A stretch of 64,000 bases of DNA from Anaeromyxobacteraceae bacterium. Lineage in GTDB: Bacteria > Myxococcota > Myxococcia > Myxococcales > Anaeromyxobacteraceae. The stretch spans positions 736,001-800,000 of the forward strand of contig JASGHJ010000002.1 of assembly GCA_047602405.1 (NCBI GenBank), read 5' to 3'. Numbering within the stretch: the stretch's first letter is position 1; each line of letters opens with the position of its first letter. The position numbers and the translations under genes are program-made. Of this stretch, positions 62,298 through 64,000 are shown one piece after another. The notes under the pieces were generated by a model. It saw only the letters and a program-made list of their open reading frames with translations. It was not told where the DNA came from and ran no database searches.

Positions 62298-63981
62298 CAG
62301 ACCTGATTCCCGCTGAGGGGTCGCGGCGCGGGTACGGCGCCGGCGGCGCTTGAGGTTCCGACCTACTTCGCGAAGGGCACGGCTTTCGTGGCGCGGGTGA
62401 GTTCTTCCCCCGGTGGCCGCGGTTTCCTGATCGGCAAGATCGACGGGCGGATCGGGCCCGGCGATCATCGCCTCCGCGCAATGAGAAGGGGTGGAGCCAA
62501 GGCCGGCCCCACCCCCAAGACGGCCGAACTCGCGCAAACGAGAAGAGGCCGGGAGGCAGGAGATCATGCCGATCACCGAAGCACAAGCCCGGCGTGCGTT
62601 GCGGCACGCCGACATCCCCTGGGACCGGGAGGTGGACGACCCGCGCGAGGATCCGTGGGTCGTTCACGACCACTACGGTCTGCTCGGCGGCCTCGCCGCC
62701 GCGTTCGCCGTGGGCCGGTACCGGCTGCGGCACGCCGAGAACTTCCTCGCCGATCTTGGCGTGGGCGCGCGTCGCGCGCTCGGCCTCGGCCGGCGGACGC
62801 CGAGCGACACGACTCTCTACAGGCTGCTGGCCGGGCAGGACGCGGCGGGTTTCGAGGAGACCGTCTTCGCCCAGGTGAAGGACCTCGTCGCGCGGAAGGT
62901 CGTGAAGCACGACCGGTTCCGCGTCGGAGTCGTGAGCTTCGACGGCAAGGGCACCTGGTCGCGGACCGACGGCGAGCCGGTCGAAGGCGCAAAGCGGGCG
63001 GTCGACGATTTCCACGGGGTGACGATCCAGAGCTTCGGCGCGATGCGCGCGGCGCTCACGTCGTCGTCCGTGTGCCCGTGCGTCGGGCAGAAGGTCATCG
63101 GCTCCAAGGAGGGCGAGGTCCCCGCCTTCCGCGAGCTCTTCCCACGCGTGTGCGAGGCGCTGGGAGAGCGCTTCAAGATCATCACCGGCGATGCGGGTCT
63201 GTGCGCGCGAGAGAGCGCCGAGCTCGTGGCCGAGCGCGGTCGCTGGTACCTCTTCACGCTGAAGAGAAACCAGCCTCACCTGCACGGCCTCGCGAGCGAC
63301 TTCCGCTGCTACGAGATGGGCGTGCCGCTGGCGCGGACGACGGACCGGTACCGCGGTCACAGCGTCGTGCGGGAACTCTACGCCGTCGACGTCGCGGGCA
63401 GCCGCATGGTCGACATCGCCGACGCTCAACAGCTCTGGTACGTCTGCCAGACCACCCACGCACCGAACGGTGAGTGCGTCGCCGTCGAGCAGCGGTACTT
63501 CGTCACCTCGATCCCCTCGCGCACCTTCTCGCGCGGCGAGGAACTCGCCCTCGTGCGCCTGCACTGGGCCATCGAGAACGGCTGTCACTGGGCGATGGAC
63601 GTCGCGCTTCGCGAGGACGAGGCGCAGCCCTGCCAGGTGAGCCGAGCGGCCATCGAGGCCGTCAGCTGGCTGCGCATCATCGGCTACAACGCCGTCAGCG
63701 CCTGGCGACAGCTCGCACCGCAGAAGGACCGAAAGCCCATCAGCTGGGAGCGCGCGAAGGAGACCCTCCGCGACGCGCTGGTGCTCGCCGGACGCGATCA
63801 CCTCGAGCCGCTCTCAGCCGACACCTGAACCCACGGCCGGCCGCCGTCCCCCCTCCTCCTTGCGCGCGACAACCGAGAACGTCCCCGGCCCTCGGCCGCT
63901 GCCGACCTTCGTCTTCACGTCGCGGCAGGACCCTTGAACCGGCAGACGTACCTGAACCCCACCGAACGCGGATCAGGTCTG
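62298..63981 (+). mobile_element. ISAs1-family insertion sequence (1684 bp)
   Basis: Terminal IRs CAGACCTGAT / ATCAGGTCTG; 11-bp direct repeat GGGCGCCTGCT at 62287-62297 and 63982-63992. Confidence 0.9.
62566..63828 (+). CDS. ISAs1-family transposase
   Basis: TPSDTT, SFDGK, EGEVP, ITGDAGLC, LKRNQP, RLHWAIENGCHWAMDVALRED. Confidence 0.92.
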   Translation: MPITEAQARRALRHADIPWDREVDDPREDPWVVHDHYGLLGGLAAAFAVGRYRLRHAENFLADLGVGARRALGLGRRTPSDTTLYRLLAGQDAAGFEETVFAQVKDLVARKVVKHDRFRVGVVSFDGKGTWSRTDGEPVEGAKRAVDDFHGVTIQSFGAMRAALTSSSVCPCVGQKVIGSKEGEVPAFRELFPRVCEALGERFKIITGDAGLCARESAELVAERGRWYLFTLKRNQPHLHGLASDFRCYEMGVPLARTTDRYRGHSVVRELYAVDVAGSRMVDIADAQQLWYVCQTTHAPNGECVAVEQRYFVTSIPSRTFSRGEELALVRLHWAIENGCHWAMDVALREDEAQPCQVSRAAIEAVSWLRIIGYNAVSAWRQLAPQKDRKPISWERAKETLRDALVLAGRDHLEPLSADT

Positions 63982-64000
63982 GGGCGCCTGCTCGGAGGCC

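Overview
A very GC-rich bacterial chromosomal segment. Gene content (CxxxxCH multiheme cytochrome, Cys-rich lipoprotein, Sec-containing formate dehydrogenase, REP-like repeats) suggests an Anaeromyxobacter-like myxobacterium, which is an inference. It holds about 55 genes, mostly metabolic, regulatory or uncharacterised. Main points: (1) a compact three-gene cellulose-synthase-like operon at 25.3-32.0 kb, in which a lipoprotein GH8 endoglucanase is fused in frame to a BcsA-type GT2 synthase with two PilZ domains, no bcsB is present, and a TPR/beta-barrel export protein and a catalytically degenerate kinase-fold membrane protein follow; (2) a complete group II intron (32986-34916) inserted right after the ATG of a LysR gene, whose EBS1 pairs with that start codon and whose 3' end recreates the ATG; (3) a selenocysteine fdhA-fdhB-nrfD-oxalate/formate antiporter operon with a visible SECIS; (4) a REP-like repeat family that supplies stop codons to two genes and has entered a transporter coding sequence; (5) an IS cluster at the right end (mini-IS, IS5-family element, nested ISAs1 with 11-bp target duplication). 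Eight genes-internal +1 frameshifts cluster at GATC and CTCTTC contexts and are more likely sequencing errors than pseudogenisation. No tRNA, rRNA or CRISPR array was seen. All calls come from reading motifs by eye; no searches were run.
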